DNA of 64,000 nucleotides. Source: Thermoanaerobaculia bacterium (GTDB taxonomy: Bacteria > Acidobacteriota > Thermoanaerobaculia > Multivoradales > JAGPDF01). The notes below the pieces were generated by a model that searched no databases, was not told the DNA's origin, and worked only from the letters and a program-made list of their open reading frames with translations. Positions 29,247 through 40,440 of this stretch are shown here, one piece after another. Every line of letters starts with the position of its first letter. Position 1 is the first letter of the stretch. Location of the stretch: the NCBI GenBank assembly GCA_963821905.1, contig CAWGFP010000009.1, positions 647,412 to 711,411 on the forward strand, read 5' to 3'. Both the position numbers and the translations under genes were made by a program.

Positions 29247-29339
29247 CAGGTTACGAAGATACTGGACCGGGTTGGTACCTTTTGTCAACGGGGGTGACGC
29301 GGACCGCCGCGACGTTCGCCGCGGCGGCAGTCCAGCAAC

Positions 29340-30267
29340 TCAGTTCGACTTGCTCGAGCCGACGAGCTCGTCCCAGGTCTTGACCTTGGTTTCGCCGTCG
29401 AGGAACGGCAGCACGGTCGACGCGAGCTCGGGCGCAAGGAAGATGTCGTAGTGCGTGAGGTTGGGCAGGATCGCGAGCCGGTTCTGCGACATGTTCTCGC
29501 GCATCCAGCCGGCGTCCTTCAGGCCGCCGCCGAGCAGCTGGTAGAACTTGACCATGTGCTCGGGGCGGAACATGTCGCTGTCGCCGTAGACCAGCATGAC
29601 CGGCATCTTCAGCTTCGTCACGTCCGCCGACCAGTCGTAGGGCGTGCGCATCAGCTCGCCCATCTGGTCGAGCAGCGCGGGAAGTCCTCCGGCTTCGGCG
29701 CGACCGCCGACGTAGGACTTGTACATCGGCGTGTCCTTCATCGCCTCGGCCATCGCCGCGCCGACCTGCGCCTGCTGCGGCAGCATCTCGGGATAGAAGC
29801 CGTCCTGCGCGTAGCCGGCCGACACGAGCGCGAGCCGCCGCACCAGCGTCCGGGTGCTGCACCGCCAGGCGGAACGCCGACGCCGCCGCCCATCGAGTAG
29901 CCGAGCACGTCGACCTGCTCGATGGCCGAGCTGCCTTGACGAGCGCGGCCATGTCGTCGCCCATGTCGACGAGGCTAGATCGGCCGCTCGCCGAGCGCGG
30001 TGCGGCCGTGGCCCTGCAGGTCGACGCGCGATCACCTTGCGGCTCTTCGGCCAGCGCCGGCAGCACCGGGCCGAACATGTCGATCGAGCCGAGCCCGCCG
30101 TGCAGCAGCAGGAGCGGCTCGCCGCTGCCGTGGATCTCGTAGTAGTAGCGCAGGCCGTTGATCGACAGGTGGTCACCCTTCACATCATTGGAGGCGGCCG
30201 CGAGGCGAAGGGGCGCTGCGAGCAGCAGAGCGGTGACGGTCACGAGGGCGAAACGTCTAGAAGTCAT
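29340..30267 (-). pseudogene. Exported alpha/beta-fold hydrolase; several frame breaks as assembled
   Basis: ORF 29251..30267 gives MTSRRFALVTVTALLLAAPLRLAAA (signal) ...INGLRYYYEIHGSGEPLLLLHGGLGSIDMFGPVLPALAE. ORF 29340..30176 gives LVSAGYAQDGFYPEMLPQQ...MPVMLVYGDSDMFRPEHMVKFYQLLGG...LAILPNLTHYDIF. The nucleophile-elbow region (about 29870-30000) is unreadable in any single frame. Confidence 0.7.
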
Positions 30268-30424
30268 CGGTTCGGTCTCCTGGGGAGCGGGTCGTCTTCG
30301 GGGCTCCTACTTCGACGACGAACGGGCGGCCGAGGGATCGACATGCGCTCTGCTACAGTTTCGCTGGTCAACCGCCGAGATAGTCCCACGGGCAGCACTC
30401 ACCTCGTAGCCAACGAGAGGCCGC

Positions 30425-33132
30425 ATGATCGGATCGCGTCTAGGCCCGTACGAGATTACCGCCAAGCTAGGCGAAGGCGGCATGGGCGAGGTCTGGCGCG
30501 CGACCGACTCGCGGCTGCGGCGAGAGGTGGCGCTGAAGCTGTTGCCGCCGGCGTTCATTGGCCCGATCCCGAACGCCTCGCCCGCTTCGAGCGCGAGGCG
30601 CAGCTGCTGGCGCAACTGCATCACCCCAACGTGGCGTCGATCTTCGGTATCGAAGAGTCGAGCGGCGAGCGCGCGCTGGTCATGGAGCTGGTCCCCGGTC
30701 CGACGCTCGCCGAGCGTCTGGCGGCGGGCCCGATGCCGTTCGCCGAAGCGGCGCCGATCGCCGTGCAGATCGCGCAGGCGCTGGAAGCGGCACACGAGAA
30801 GGGCATCGTTCACCGCGATCTCAAACCGCAGAACATCAAGGCCGCGCCCGACGGCGCCGTGAAGGTACTCGACTTCGGCCTCGCCAAGGCGATGGACCCC
30901 GCTGGCACCGCTTCCGCCGCCGACCTGGCGCGTTCCCCCACGATGATGCAGTCGCCGACTCTGACCGCGGTCCACGGCACGCAACTCGGCGTGATCCTCG
31001 GCACGGCGGCCTACATGGCGCCCGAGCAGGCGCGCGGCGGGGCGGTCGACAAGCGGGCCGACATCTGGGCGTTCGGCGTGGTGCTCTACGAGATGCTTGC
31101 CGGCCGCTCGCTCTTCGCCGGCGAGACGGTGAGCGACACGCTCGCCGGCGTGCTCAAGACCGAGGTCGATTTCGCGCGCTTGCCGCCCACGGTTCCTTCG
31201 GGCGTTCGCCAGCTCCTGCGCCGTTGTCTGGAGCGCAATGCGAAGAACCGCTTGCACGACATCGCGGACGCGCGCATCGTGCTCGAGGACATCCTCGCCG
31301 GGCGAGGCGACGGCGACGCGGTGGCGGCTGCCTCTCTGCGGCCGGCGAGCCGCGGTTGGAAACTGGCCGCGCTGGCCCTCGTCGCTGGAGTGCTCGCCGG
31401 CGTCGTCGCCGCGCTGCTGTGGAGCAGCCGGAGCTCGGCCGAACCGCGGCCCTCGAAGCTCGCGCGCTTCGAGATCAGGGCACCGGAGAAATCCGGGATC
31501 ATTCCCGGCCTGGCGCTGTCGCCCGATGGCCGGCACTTGGCGTTCGTGGCCAGCGACGAAGTTGGTGAGCCAACGCTCTGGGTGCGACCGCTCGACTCTC
31601 TGGAAGCTCGCCAGCTGCCCGGCACCGAGGGCGCTCGCCTGCCTTTCTGGGCGCCGGACAGCCGGCGGATCGGCTTCTTTGCCCAGCGCACCCTCAAGTG
31701 GATCGACTCCCGCGGCGGCACCCCGCTCGATCTCGTGGCGACCCCTACGGTCCAGGATGTGCGCGGTGGCGCCTGGGGTGCGGACGACACGATCATCTAT
31801 TCGCCGGGCTTCGTCGGGCCGCTTCTCGCGATACCGGCGCGCGGCGGAGCGCCCATGCCGGCGACGGCGCTGCCTGCCGACGGCTCGCTGGGCACCATGC
31901 GCTTCCCGTCGTTTCTTCCCGACGGCCGCCGCTTCGTCTTCTACGCCTCGGCCGGCACTGGAACCGAGCCGGGGTCGATCCATCTCGGGCGGCTCGGCTC
32001 GTTGGAAACCAAGCTGCTCGGTCCCGCCACTTCGACTGCGGTTTTCGCGCCGCCCGGATATCTGGTCTACTGCCGCGGCGACGCGCTCGTCGCCCAGGCC
32101 TTCGACGATCGCCGTGAGGAGCTGGTGGGCGATCCCGTCCCTCTCGGCATCACGATGGGCGGCTCGGTCGCGGTATCCGGCCAGCGCTCGCTGGCCGCGG
32201 CGAGCGACGGCACCCTCGTCTATCGTTCCGACAAGCGCGGCGTGAGCGAAGTTGTGTGGGCCGACCGCAGTGGCAAGGTGCTGGAGTCGGTGACCGGCGT
32301 CGGCGACACCTGGCACTACGCTCCGCGGTTGTCGCCCGACGGGCGCTCGATGCTGGTCGCGCAGTACCAGAGCAACGGCAAGCTCGGGCAGTTCTGGGTG
32401 CACGACCTCGAGCGGCGCGTCGCCAGCCGCCTCGCCGCCGACGAAAGCGACAGCTACGTCGGTACCTGGCTGTGGCCCGACGGCCGCGAGGTGCTCTACA
32501 ACTGCGGCACCCATGGTGGCGGTGCCGCCGTCTGCCGTGTGGCCCTGGACCGCCCTGGCGAACGACGAATGTGGTCGGACTCCATGCAGTCCTCGCTGCC
32601 GGTCTCGTCGACCCGTGACGGGCGCCGCGTGCTCATCGAACAGAGCAACCCCGAAGGCCGCCTGTCGCTCTGGCTCGGTGATCTCGAGAGCGACGGCCCT
32701 CTCCAGCGCCTCACCCCGGAGGGCGTGGCGGAAGGCGCCGGCGATCTCTCTCCGGACGGCCGATGGCTCGCCTACATGTCCGATGCGGCGGGCGAGCTCG
32801 CAGTCTTCGTTCGGCGCCTGGACGGCAGCGGCGCGATCCGCATCTCTGCTACCGGCGGTACGCAGCCGGCCTGGCGAAGGGACGGCCGCGAGCTCTTCTA
32901 CGTGGATGCTCGGGGCCGGTTGGTCGCGGTGCCGATCACGTCCGGAGATGAGCTTCGTCCGGGCGCGCCGACCGTCCTCTTCGACGCGCGGCTCGAAGAA
33001 GCCGGCGATCGCCAGTACGACGTCTCGGCCGACGGCCAGCGATTCCTGCTCAACCGGCGGCTCGCAGCCGACGACGCGCCGCCGGTGGTGGTGCTCGGTT
33101 GGTCGGCGCTGATCGACACCGAGAGCCCCTGA
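30425..33132 (+). CDS. Membrane Ser/Thr protein kinase with extracytoplasmic TolB/PD40-like beta-propeller (ectodomain class 1); one frame break
   Basis: [77 protein letters not shown]. Repeated SPDGR / PDGRR motifs, ending [27 protein letters not shown]...[10 protein letters not shown]. The break near 30560 falls between ORF 30425..30862 and the real part of ORF 29854..33132. Confidence 0.85.
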
Positions 33133-33137
33133 AGCCG

Positions 33138-35027
33138 CTACTTCGGTGCCACGCCACTCCGTGGCGCGAATATGGCGCTGAGCCGGTCTGTAGTGCCCGG
33201 CTGGCGTTCGAGATGCGGGTAGACCGCCCCGCGTGTTGCAGGGACTTGCACCGTGGTGATCTCCCCTTGGCGATCGATACGGAGGCTCAGCGGGCGAGCA
33301 GCGGCTCGCGCGTCGGCAAGAGCACGAGCCAGCGCCTTCGCCGACCAGGCGCTTCCGTCGACACTGACGATCTTGGCGCCCGGCGCGAGTCCCGCCGCGA
33401 AGGCCGGCGAGTCGCGCACGATCTCGAGCAGCTTGCCGTCGTCGTTGGTGCGCAGCCCCAGCACCGCGCCCCAGTCGACCACATGACGTGACTTCTCACG
33501 GCCAACCATGAAGACGTTCGGCTGCGGGCCGTAGACGAGCTTCCAACCCGCCGCCTCGAGGCCGCGAACCGGCGCCGCGGGCTGCACGCGCGTGACGCGT
33601 TCGGCGAAGAATCCTCGCCAGTCGTGAGGTGCGATCTCGCCCAGCAGTGCGAGCACTTCCTCGAGATCGTAAGGCCGCACCGAGGGCGCGCCGCCGGGCT
33701 CGCCGGCGAAGCGCCGGCAGAAGTCGTCGAGCGAGCGGCGCTCTACGGTGAGCTCGCGCAGGCGCGCGTCGACTTCGAGCCAGATCAGCGCGCCTTCCTC
33801 GTAGTAGTCGAGCGGCCGGCGCATGGTGCTGCCGGCGCCGGGCGCATCGACGCCGAGCTGGACGCCGGTGGCGGTATCGACGAGCGGGCGCCAACTGCGG
33901 CCGGGGCGCGCGTCGCCGAGCTGGCTCGCCATCCAGGCCAGGTAGTCGCGCGTCGCCTCGGGCGCGCGAATGCCGGCGCGAGTCGAGAGCACGACGTCGC
34001 CGAGGTAGCGAGTCAGGCCCTCGTAGATCCAGAGCAGCTCCGCATCCATCGGGCGCTCGTACCCGCCGGTGACGAGGCCGGTGGGGCGGCGGTACTTGCC
34101 GTTCCATGAGTGAACGTACTCGTGCGGCAGGATGCGCAGCTCGGCGTGGCCCAGACCCTCGTCGGTGAACACCTTCGCCGGCAATCGGTTATCGCTCGAT
34201 TCCGGATGCTCCAGACCGTTGGGCTCGATCGCGTCGGTCAGCGTCACCAGCCAGGCGTAGCGCTGGAAATGGCGCGCGCCGAACAGCGCGTCGGCCTCGT
34301 CGACGACTCGTCGCAGCTGGTCGCGCCTCGCCTGCGGCACGGCGACATCGGCGGCGGCATCGGCCGCGACGCTGAGACGCACCGGAGTCGAGCCACCGGC
34401 AATGGGGTAGGAGTGGAAATGCCGGCCGGCGAGCAGAGGGGAGTCGACCAACGCGGTCAGCGAAACCGGCGCGAACTCCACCCGGTCGCCCTCGCGGCGC
34501 ACGATCTCGAGCGCGCTGTCGAACTCCCAGCCCTGCGGCAACGTCAGCGACGGACGGAATGTCGTGGTGTCGCTCGCCGCGCCCTGCGGCACCAAGACCT
34601 GCTGATTCCACAGCACCACCATGAGATGGGCGGTGGCATTGGGTCCTTCGCCGTAACCGCCGCCGAACGAGTCGGGCGGCGAGAGATAGTCGAACTCGGC
34701 CTCGACCGTGGCCGCGCCCGCGGGGACGGTGAGATGAAAGGCGAACATCTCCAGCGCGTCGCGACGCCACTCGAGCGGTCGGCCGCCGGCCGTGAAGCGA
34801 AGTCCCACCATCTGCTGGATCGGACCGGTGGGCGAGTGCTCGCCCGGGATCCACTTCGGATAGGTGAGCACGAGCGGCCCCGGCGTTACCGGCAAGGTGA
34901 GATGGCTGTGGAAGATCCCCTGGGTGGCGCGGCGGGCATCGACGTGCGCGGCGATCTCCGAGGCGACGGCGGGTGAGACCGCGCCGAGCGTCAGGAGCAA
35001 AGGGAACACATACCGCGCATGCTTCAT
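33138..35027 (-). CDS. M61-family glycyl aminopeptidase-like metalloprotease with C-terminal PDZ domain, exported
   Basis: Intact 629 aa. Signal MKHARYVFPLLLTLGAVSPAVAS. Zinc motif LPHEYVHSWNGKYRRP with downstream YEGLTRY. PDZ-like LEIVRDSPAFAAGLAPGAKIVSVDG. Confidence 0.85.
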   Translation of the reverse strand: MKHARYVFPLLLTLGAVSPAVASEIAAHVDARRATQGIFHSHLTLPVTPGPLVLTYPKWIPGEHSPTGPIQQMVGLRFTAGGRPLEWRRDALEMFAFHLTVPAGAATVEAEFDYLSPPDSFGGGYGEGPNATAHLMVVLWNQQVLVPQGAASDTTTFRPSLTLPQGWEFDSALEIVRREGDRVEFAPVSLTALVDSPLLAGRHFHSYPIAGGSTPVRLSVAADAAADVAVPQARRDQLRRVVDEADALFGARHFQRYAWLVTLTDAIEPNGLEHPESSDNRLPAKVFTDEGLGHAELRILPHEYVHSWNGKYRRPTGLVTGGYERPMDAELLWIYEGLTRYLGDVVLSTRAGIRAPEATRDYLAWMASQLGDARPGRSWRPLVDTATGVQLGVDAPGAGSTMRRPLDYYEEGALIWLEVDARLRELTVERRSLDDFCRRFAGEPGGAPSVRPYDLEEVLALLGEIAPHDWRGFFAERVTRVQPAAPVRGLEAAGWKLVYGPQPNVFMVGREKSRHVVDWGAVLGLRTNDDGKLLEIVRDSPAFAAGLAPGAKIVSVDGSAWSAKALARALADARAAARPLSLRIDRQGEITTVQVPATRGAVYPHLERQPGTTDRLSAIFAPRSGVAPK

Positions 35028-35101
35028 GACTGGGCCTCCGGGGAGCGCGGGAATGCTAGCACCGCGTCCCGCGTGACTTCGGCGCTGCTACAATCGCTTC
35101 G

Positions 35102-35956
35102 TTGACCCCTTCATCTCGTCTGAGCGCGGCCGCCAGCAATCTCAGCATCGACGTAGCCGGGCTTTCTCACACCGGGAACGTCCGGACCAACAACGAGGAT
35201 CACTTTCTGGTGCTCCGCGGCGGGCGCTATCTCGAAACGGTCTCCACCAACCTCCCGGCTGGCTCGCTCCCGGAGGATCCGGTAGGGCCTGGGATCGGGA
35301 TCACGGTCGCCGACGGCATGGGGGCCCATGCCGGTGGAGAGGTGGCGAGCATGCTAGCCACCACCACCTTGATCGAGCTGGTGCTGGCGGTGCCGGACTG
35401 GATCCTGCGGATCGACGAAACGACGATGGCGAAGGCCGAGCAGCTCGCAGTCGAACGCGTGCAGAAGACCCACGAGACGATTGTGGCGCGGGCGGCGGAA
35501 GATCCGCGCCTCTCCGGCATGGGCACGACGATGACGATCGCCGTGAGCCTCGGGCTCGACCTGCGGGTCCTCCACGTCGGCGATTCGCGCGCCTATGTCC
35601 TGCGCGACGGCCGTTTGGCGTCGCTCACCCACGACCACAGCTACGCGCAGCGGCTCCTCGACCAGGGCCGGGAGGAAGAGGTGGCGCGCCGCTTCCGCCA
35701 TCTCCTCACCCAATCTCTCGGCGGCAAGGATCCGCATCCGGAGGTGACCTACTGGCGCCTCGCCCCCGGCGACCGCCTGCTGGTCTGCACCGACGGGTTG
35801 ACCGACATGGTGGACGAGGCCACGATCGCCACCGAGCTCGGTCGCCACGCGCGAGCCAGCGCAGCCTGCCGGGGATTGGTGCGCCGGGCGCTCGACGCCG
35901 GCGGCGCCGACAACGTCACCGCGGCGGTGGCGATCTACTCGGCGCGCCGGCGCTGA
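35102..35956 (+). CDS. PP2C-family Ser/Thr protein phosphatase (Stp/PrpC-like)
   Basis: Intact 284 aa (TTG start). GNVRTNNEDHF, VADGMGAHAGGEVAS, MGTTMT, HVGDSRAYVL, LVCTDGLTD, GGADNVTA. The stop lies 7 nt from the convergent kinase A stop. Confidence 0.9.
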   Translation: MTPSSRLSAAASNLSIDVAGLSHTGNVRTNNEDHFLVLRGGRYLETVSTNLPAGSLPEDPVGPGIGITVADGMGAHAGGEVASMLATTTLIELVLAVPDWILRIDETTMAKAEQLAVERVQKTHETIVARAAEDPRLSGMGTTMTIAVSLGLDLRVLHVGDSRAYVLRDGRLASLTHDHSYAQRLLDQGREEEVARRFRHLLTQSLGGKDPHPEVTYWRLAPGDRLLVCTDGLTDMVDEATIATELGRHARASAACRGLVRRALDAGGADNVTAAVAIYSARRR

Positions 35957-35963
35957 CTTTCCT

Positions 35964-38206
35964 CTAGCTCGCGGAGTCTTGCTCCGGGAAGAGCGCCTCG
36001 AATTCGGGATCGCCGTGGAGCAGCGTCAGATCGGGATCTCGTCGCGCCCACTCGCCGCGTCGGTAGCCGGCGCGGTGCGCCTTCTTGATCGCGTCCATCC
36101 CGTCCGTCTTGCGCCCGAGCTTGCAGAAAACACAGGCCGCGTTGTAGTGCACGGAGGCCTCGTTCGGGCGCAGCACCATCGCGAAGCTCGCCTCGCGCAG
36201 AGCGTCGTCGACGCGCTGCTCGTCGGCGAAATCGGAGGCGAGCAGGATGCGCGCTCGCGCGTCCTCCGGGACCTGGCGCAGCTGGGCCTCCAACACCTGG
36301 ATACGGCGCAGGCGAACATTGCGCCGCTGCTCGAGCTTGCCGAGCGCCTTGAGCGCGTTGCCGATCGGCACGTAGACGTTGTAGTCCGCGCCGGCTTGCT
36401 CGAGCGCCTCCTCGGCGATGTCGCCACCTCCTGGTAGCGCCCCGATGAGAAAAGGGCGCGCAGCAAGAGGTAGTAGACGCCCTCGGTGTCGCGCTGCCGG
36501 GCGATGGCCTCGCGCGCCGTGGCCGCGACCTCGTCGTGATGGCCACCGAGGGCATAGAGGATCCAGGCCTGGGCCACCTGTGACCTCGGGCAGATCCGGC
36601 CGCAGCGTCGATCGCCCGCTCCGCGGCTTCGCGGGCCCGGCTCGAGCAGCGTCTGCTCGCTGCCGAAGGCGCCCTCGTACTGAGGCGCAGACGTTGGCGA
36701 TCGCGGCGTAGGCCAGGGCGAAGTTGGGATCCTGCGCGACCGCGTTCTCGAACATCTGGAGCGCGAACTCGAGATCCTGGCGGGTGAGCCGCCGCGCGTA
36801 GCTCTTGCCCTCGCAGGTAGAAGTCGTAGGCCTGCAGGTTGTCGGTCGGCTTGCCGGCGAGCGCCGCCTGCTCCTGCGGCGTCAGCGTGATGCGCAGCGC
36901 CTCGGCGATTTTCCGCGCGATCTCGTCCTGCACCTCGAAGACGTCCGCCATCTCGCGGTCGTAGCGCTCGGACCAGAGCAGCGAAGTCGGTCGCCGCGTC
37001 GACCAGCTGGGCGTTGATCCGCAGCCGGTTGCCGCGCGCGGCGGAGGCTGCCGGCGAGCACGCAAGCGGCGCCGCAGCTGCTGGCCGACCTGGGCCGGCG
37101 TCACCGGCTTGTCGCGGAACGGCAGGACCGTCGGGCGCGAGAACATCTTGAGGCCCTTGATCTTCGACAGCTCGGTGATGATGTCTTCGGTGATGCCGTC
37201 GCGGAAGTACTCGTCTTCCTTGGCGCCGCTCAGGTTCTCGAAGTAGAGCACCGCGACCGAACGCTCCGGCGCGCTCTCGGCCTTGCCCTTCGAGTCGGCC
37301 AGGACGGCGGCGCTGCGCGGCCGGAATCGAGATCGCGCTTGAGGCGCAGCAGGTCGGTCTTCAGCTCGGTCGCCGTCTGGTAGCGGAGGTTGCGGTCCTT
37401 CTCCAGCGCCTTGGCGACGATCCGGCCGAGAGTCCGGCGGGAGCCGCCGGGTTGAGCTCGGTGAGCGGCCGCGGGTCGCGGTTGAGGATCGCCTCGAAGA
37501 CCACCGCCTGCGTGTCGCCCGCGAAGGGCGGCGTGCCGGCCGCCATCTGGTAGAGCACCGTGCCGAGCGAGAAGAGGTCGGTGCGCGCGTCGGTGAGCTG
37601 GCCGCGCGCCTGCTCCGGCGACATGTAGTGCACCGTGCCCATCACCGTGCCGGCGACGGTCAGGTCGCCGCGCCCGGCGCGCGCGCCCTCGACCATGGTC
37701 TCGTCGCCGGGAAACCGCCGCGCGAGTCGATCTTCGCCAGGCCGAAGTCGAGGATCTTCACCTGGCCGCGCGGGCTGACGAACAGGTTGGCCGGCTTGAG
37801 GTCGCGGTGGACGATGCCCTTGGCGTGCGCCGACTCGAGCGCGTCGGCGATCTGGATCGCCAGCTCGAGCAGCACGCCGGTCTCCATCGGCCGCGCCGAG
37901 GCGCGCCGAGAGCGGCTCGCCCTCGAGCAGCTCCATGACGATGAAGTGCTGGCCCTCGTGCTGCTCGATCGCGTGCACGGTGCAGATGCCGGGATGATTG
38001 AGGGCGGAGGCCGCCCGTGCCTCACGCTGGAAGCGCTCGAGCATCGGCGCGTCGTGCAACAGGGTCTCGGAGAGGAACTTCAGCGCCACCTTGCGCCCGA
38101 GCTTCGAGTCTTCCGCTTCGTAAACCACGCCCATTCCGCCAGCGCCGAGCTGGCGCGCGATGCGGTAGTGCGAGACGGTCCTGCCGACCAGGGATTCCAT
38201 TGCCAT
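35964..38206 (-). pseudogene. Soluble Ser/Thr kinase-TolB-N-like module-TPR protein, tandem copy A; many frame breaks as assembled
   Basis: N-terminus [91 protein letters not shown] (ORF 37361..38335). Also [29 protein letters not shown] (ORF 37660..38025), [34 protein letters not shown]...[18 protein letters not shown] (ORF 35935..37251), and the TPR tail ...[53 protein letters not shown] (ORF 35964..36755). Confidence 0.75.
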
Positions 38207-38207
38207 C

Positions 38208-40439
38208 TCAGCCCTCGGCCTTCGCCGGGAACAGTTTCTCGAACTCTGGCTCGCCGCGCAGGACGGCGAGATCCGGATCGCGGCGGGCCCAGTCGGCGTC
38301 CCGGAAGCCGGCGCGCCAGGCCTTGGCGATGGCATCGATCGCCTCGGCTCTCTTGTCTAGCAGGCAGAAGGTGCAGGCGGCGTTGTACAGCACCGTGGCC
38401 TCGTTGGGGCGTAGCAACATGGCGAGGTTGGTCTCGCGCACGGCGTCATCCACCCGGCCTAGGCCGGCGTACTGCAACCCCAGGAGAATGCGCGCCCGCG
38501 CGTCTTCCGGCACCTCCAGCAAGTGGGCCTCGTGCACCTGGATCGAGCGCTGGCGGACGTTGTCGAGCGACTCCTGCTTACCCAGTTCGCCCAGCGCGTT
38601 CAGGATGGGAATGTAGATGTTGTAGTCGGTGCCGCTCGACTCGATCGCTTCCTCGGCCACCGCCTCGATCTGCGTGTAGTTACCGAGCAGGAACAGCACC
38701 CTGAGCAACAGGTAGTAGGCGCCCTCGGTATCGCGCCGGCGCGCGATCAACGCGCTGACGATCTGCCGGGCATCCTCGTACTCGCCCCGGGCGCAAAGTA
38801 TCCAGGCTTGGGCCATGCGCGCCTCCGGCAGCTCCGGCTGCAGGGCGTTTGCCTTCTCGGCGGCGACGCGGGCGCGATCGAGCCATGACGGAGTCCGTGT
38901 GTGATCGATGTAGACCTGTGCGGAGAGGTTGGCGATGGCGGCGTAAGCCAGCGCGAAATTGGGGTCCTCGGCGATCGCGTTCTCGTACATCTGGAGCGCG
39001 AACTCGGAATCCTGGCGCGTCTGGCGGCGGGCGTAGCTCTTGCCCTTGAGATAGAGGTCGTAGGCCTGCAGGCTCTCCGTCGGCCTGGCAGCGAGCTCCT
39101 TCTTTTCCTGCGGCGAGAGCTTGACGCGCAACGCCTCGGCGATCTTGCGCGCGATCTCGTCCTGGACCTCGAAGACGTCCTTCATCTCGCGGTCGTAGCG
39201 CTCCGACCAGACCGGATGGTCGGTCTCGGTGTCCACTAGCTGGGTATTGATCCGCAGGCGCTCGCCGGCGCGCCGCAGGCTACCCTCGAGCACGTAGGCG
39301 GCACCGATCTGCTGCGCGATCTGGGCCGTGGTCGCACCCTTGTCGCGAAAGGCCAGCACGGTCGAGCGCGAGTAGGTCTGGAGGCCTTCGATCTTCGACA
39401 GCTCGGTGATGATGTCCTCGGTGATGCCGTCGCGGAAGTACTCGTCCTCCTTGGCGCCCGAGAGGTTCTCGAAATAGAGCACCGCCACCGAGCGCCTGGC
39501 CGGGTTGACCGCCGATACGGATTGGCTTTTCGGCTCGGACACCCCGCTCGGCCGGCGCTCGCCCGCCTGAACGTCGCGCTTCAGGCGCAGCAGGTCGGTT
39601 TTCACCTCGGTTGCCGTCTGGTAGCGGAAGTTGCGGTCCTTCTCCAGCGCCTTGGCCAGGATCTGGCCGAGCGCCGGCGGCGCCGCGGGATTGAGCTCCA
39701 CTGGTGGACGCGGGTCGCGGTTCAGAATGGCGTCGAAGACCACCGCCTGGGTGTCACCCTCGAACGGCATGGCTCCGGTCGCCATCTGGTAGAGGAGCGC
39801 GCCGAAGCGAGAAGAGGTCGGTGCGCGCGTCGGTGAGCTGGCCGCGCGCCTGCTCCGGCGACATGTAGTGCACCGTGCCGAGCACCGTTCCCGCCACTGT
39901 CAGCTCCTCGCGCGCCGCCTGGTCGATGACCGTCTCGTCGCTCGGGGTCCGCGGGCTGTCGAACTTCGCCAGCCCGAAGTCGAGGATCTTCACCTGTCCC
40001 CGCGGTGAAATGAAGATGTTCGCCGGCTTCAGGTCGCGATGGACGATCCCCTTGGCGTGCGCCGACTCGAGCGCGTCGGCGATCTGGATGGCGAGCTCGA
40101 GAAGCGTGCTCATCTCCATCGGCTGCGGCCCGATGCGCGCCGCGAGCGGCTCGCCCTCGAGCAGCTCCATGACGATGAAGGAGCGTCCTTCGTGCTGCTC
40201 GATCGCGTGCACGGTGCAGATGCCGGGGTGGTTCAGCGCCGAGGCGGCGCGCGCCTCGCGCTGGAAGCGCTCGAGCATCGGCGCGTCCTGCTGAAGGCTC
40301 TCGGAGAGGAACTTCAGCGCCACGTCGGCGGCCGAGGTTGGCGTCCTCGGCCTCGTAGACCACGCCCATGCCGCCGCTGCCGAGGCGGCGGTGATCCGGT
40401 AGTGGGAGACCGTCTGCCGACCAGGGATTCGATCGCCAT
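38208..40439 (-). pseudogene. Soluble Ser/Thr kinase-TolB-N-like module-TPR protein, tandem copy B; frame breaks confined to the 5' 650 nt
   Basis: ORF 38208..39785 is an intact C-terminal 525 aa (...[35 protein letters not shown]..., TPRs, [27 protein letters not shown]). ORF 39754..40323 is the kinase core ([39 protein letters not shown]...[26 protein letters not shown]...[11 protein letters not shown]). The start MAIESLVGR is at 40439, and breaks lie near 39790 and between 40320 and 40420. Confidence 0.8.
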
Positions 40440-40440
40440 C

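Noticed and set aside
30307-32514. 735-aa minus-strand ORF opposite the kinase at 30425-33132. Similar long antisense ORFs lie at 15712-17535, 20561-22246, 50452-52320, 53714-54592, 54650-55873 and 8911-10197.
   Set aside because: Same reasoning: the compositions are dominated by Arg/Ala/Gly/Pro, there are no motifs, and each lies antisense to a gene with clear family signatures.
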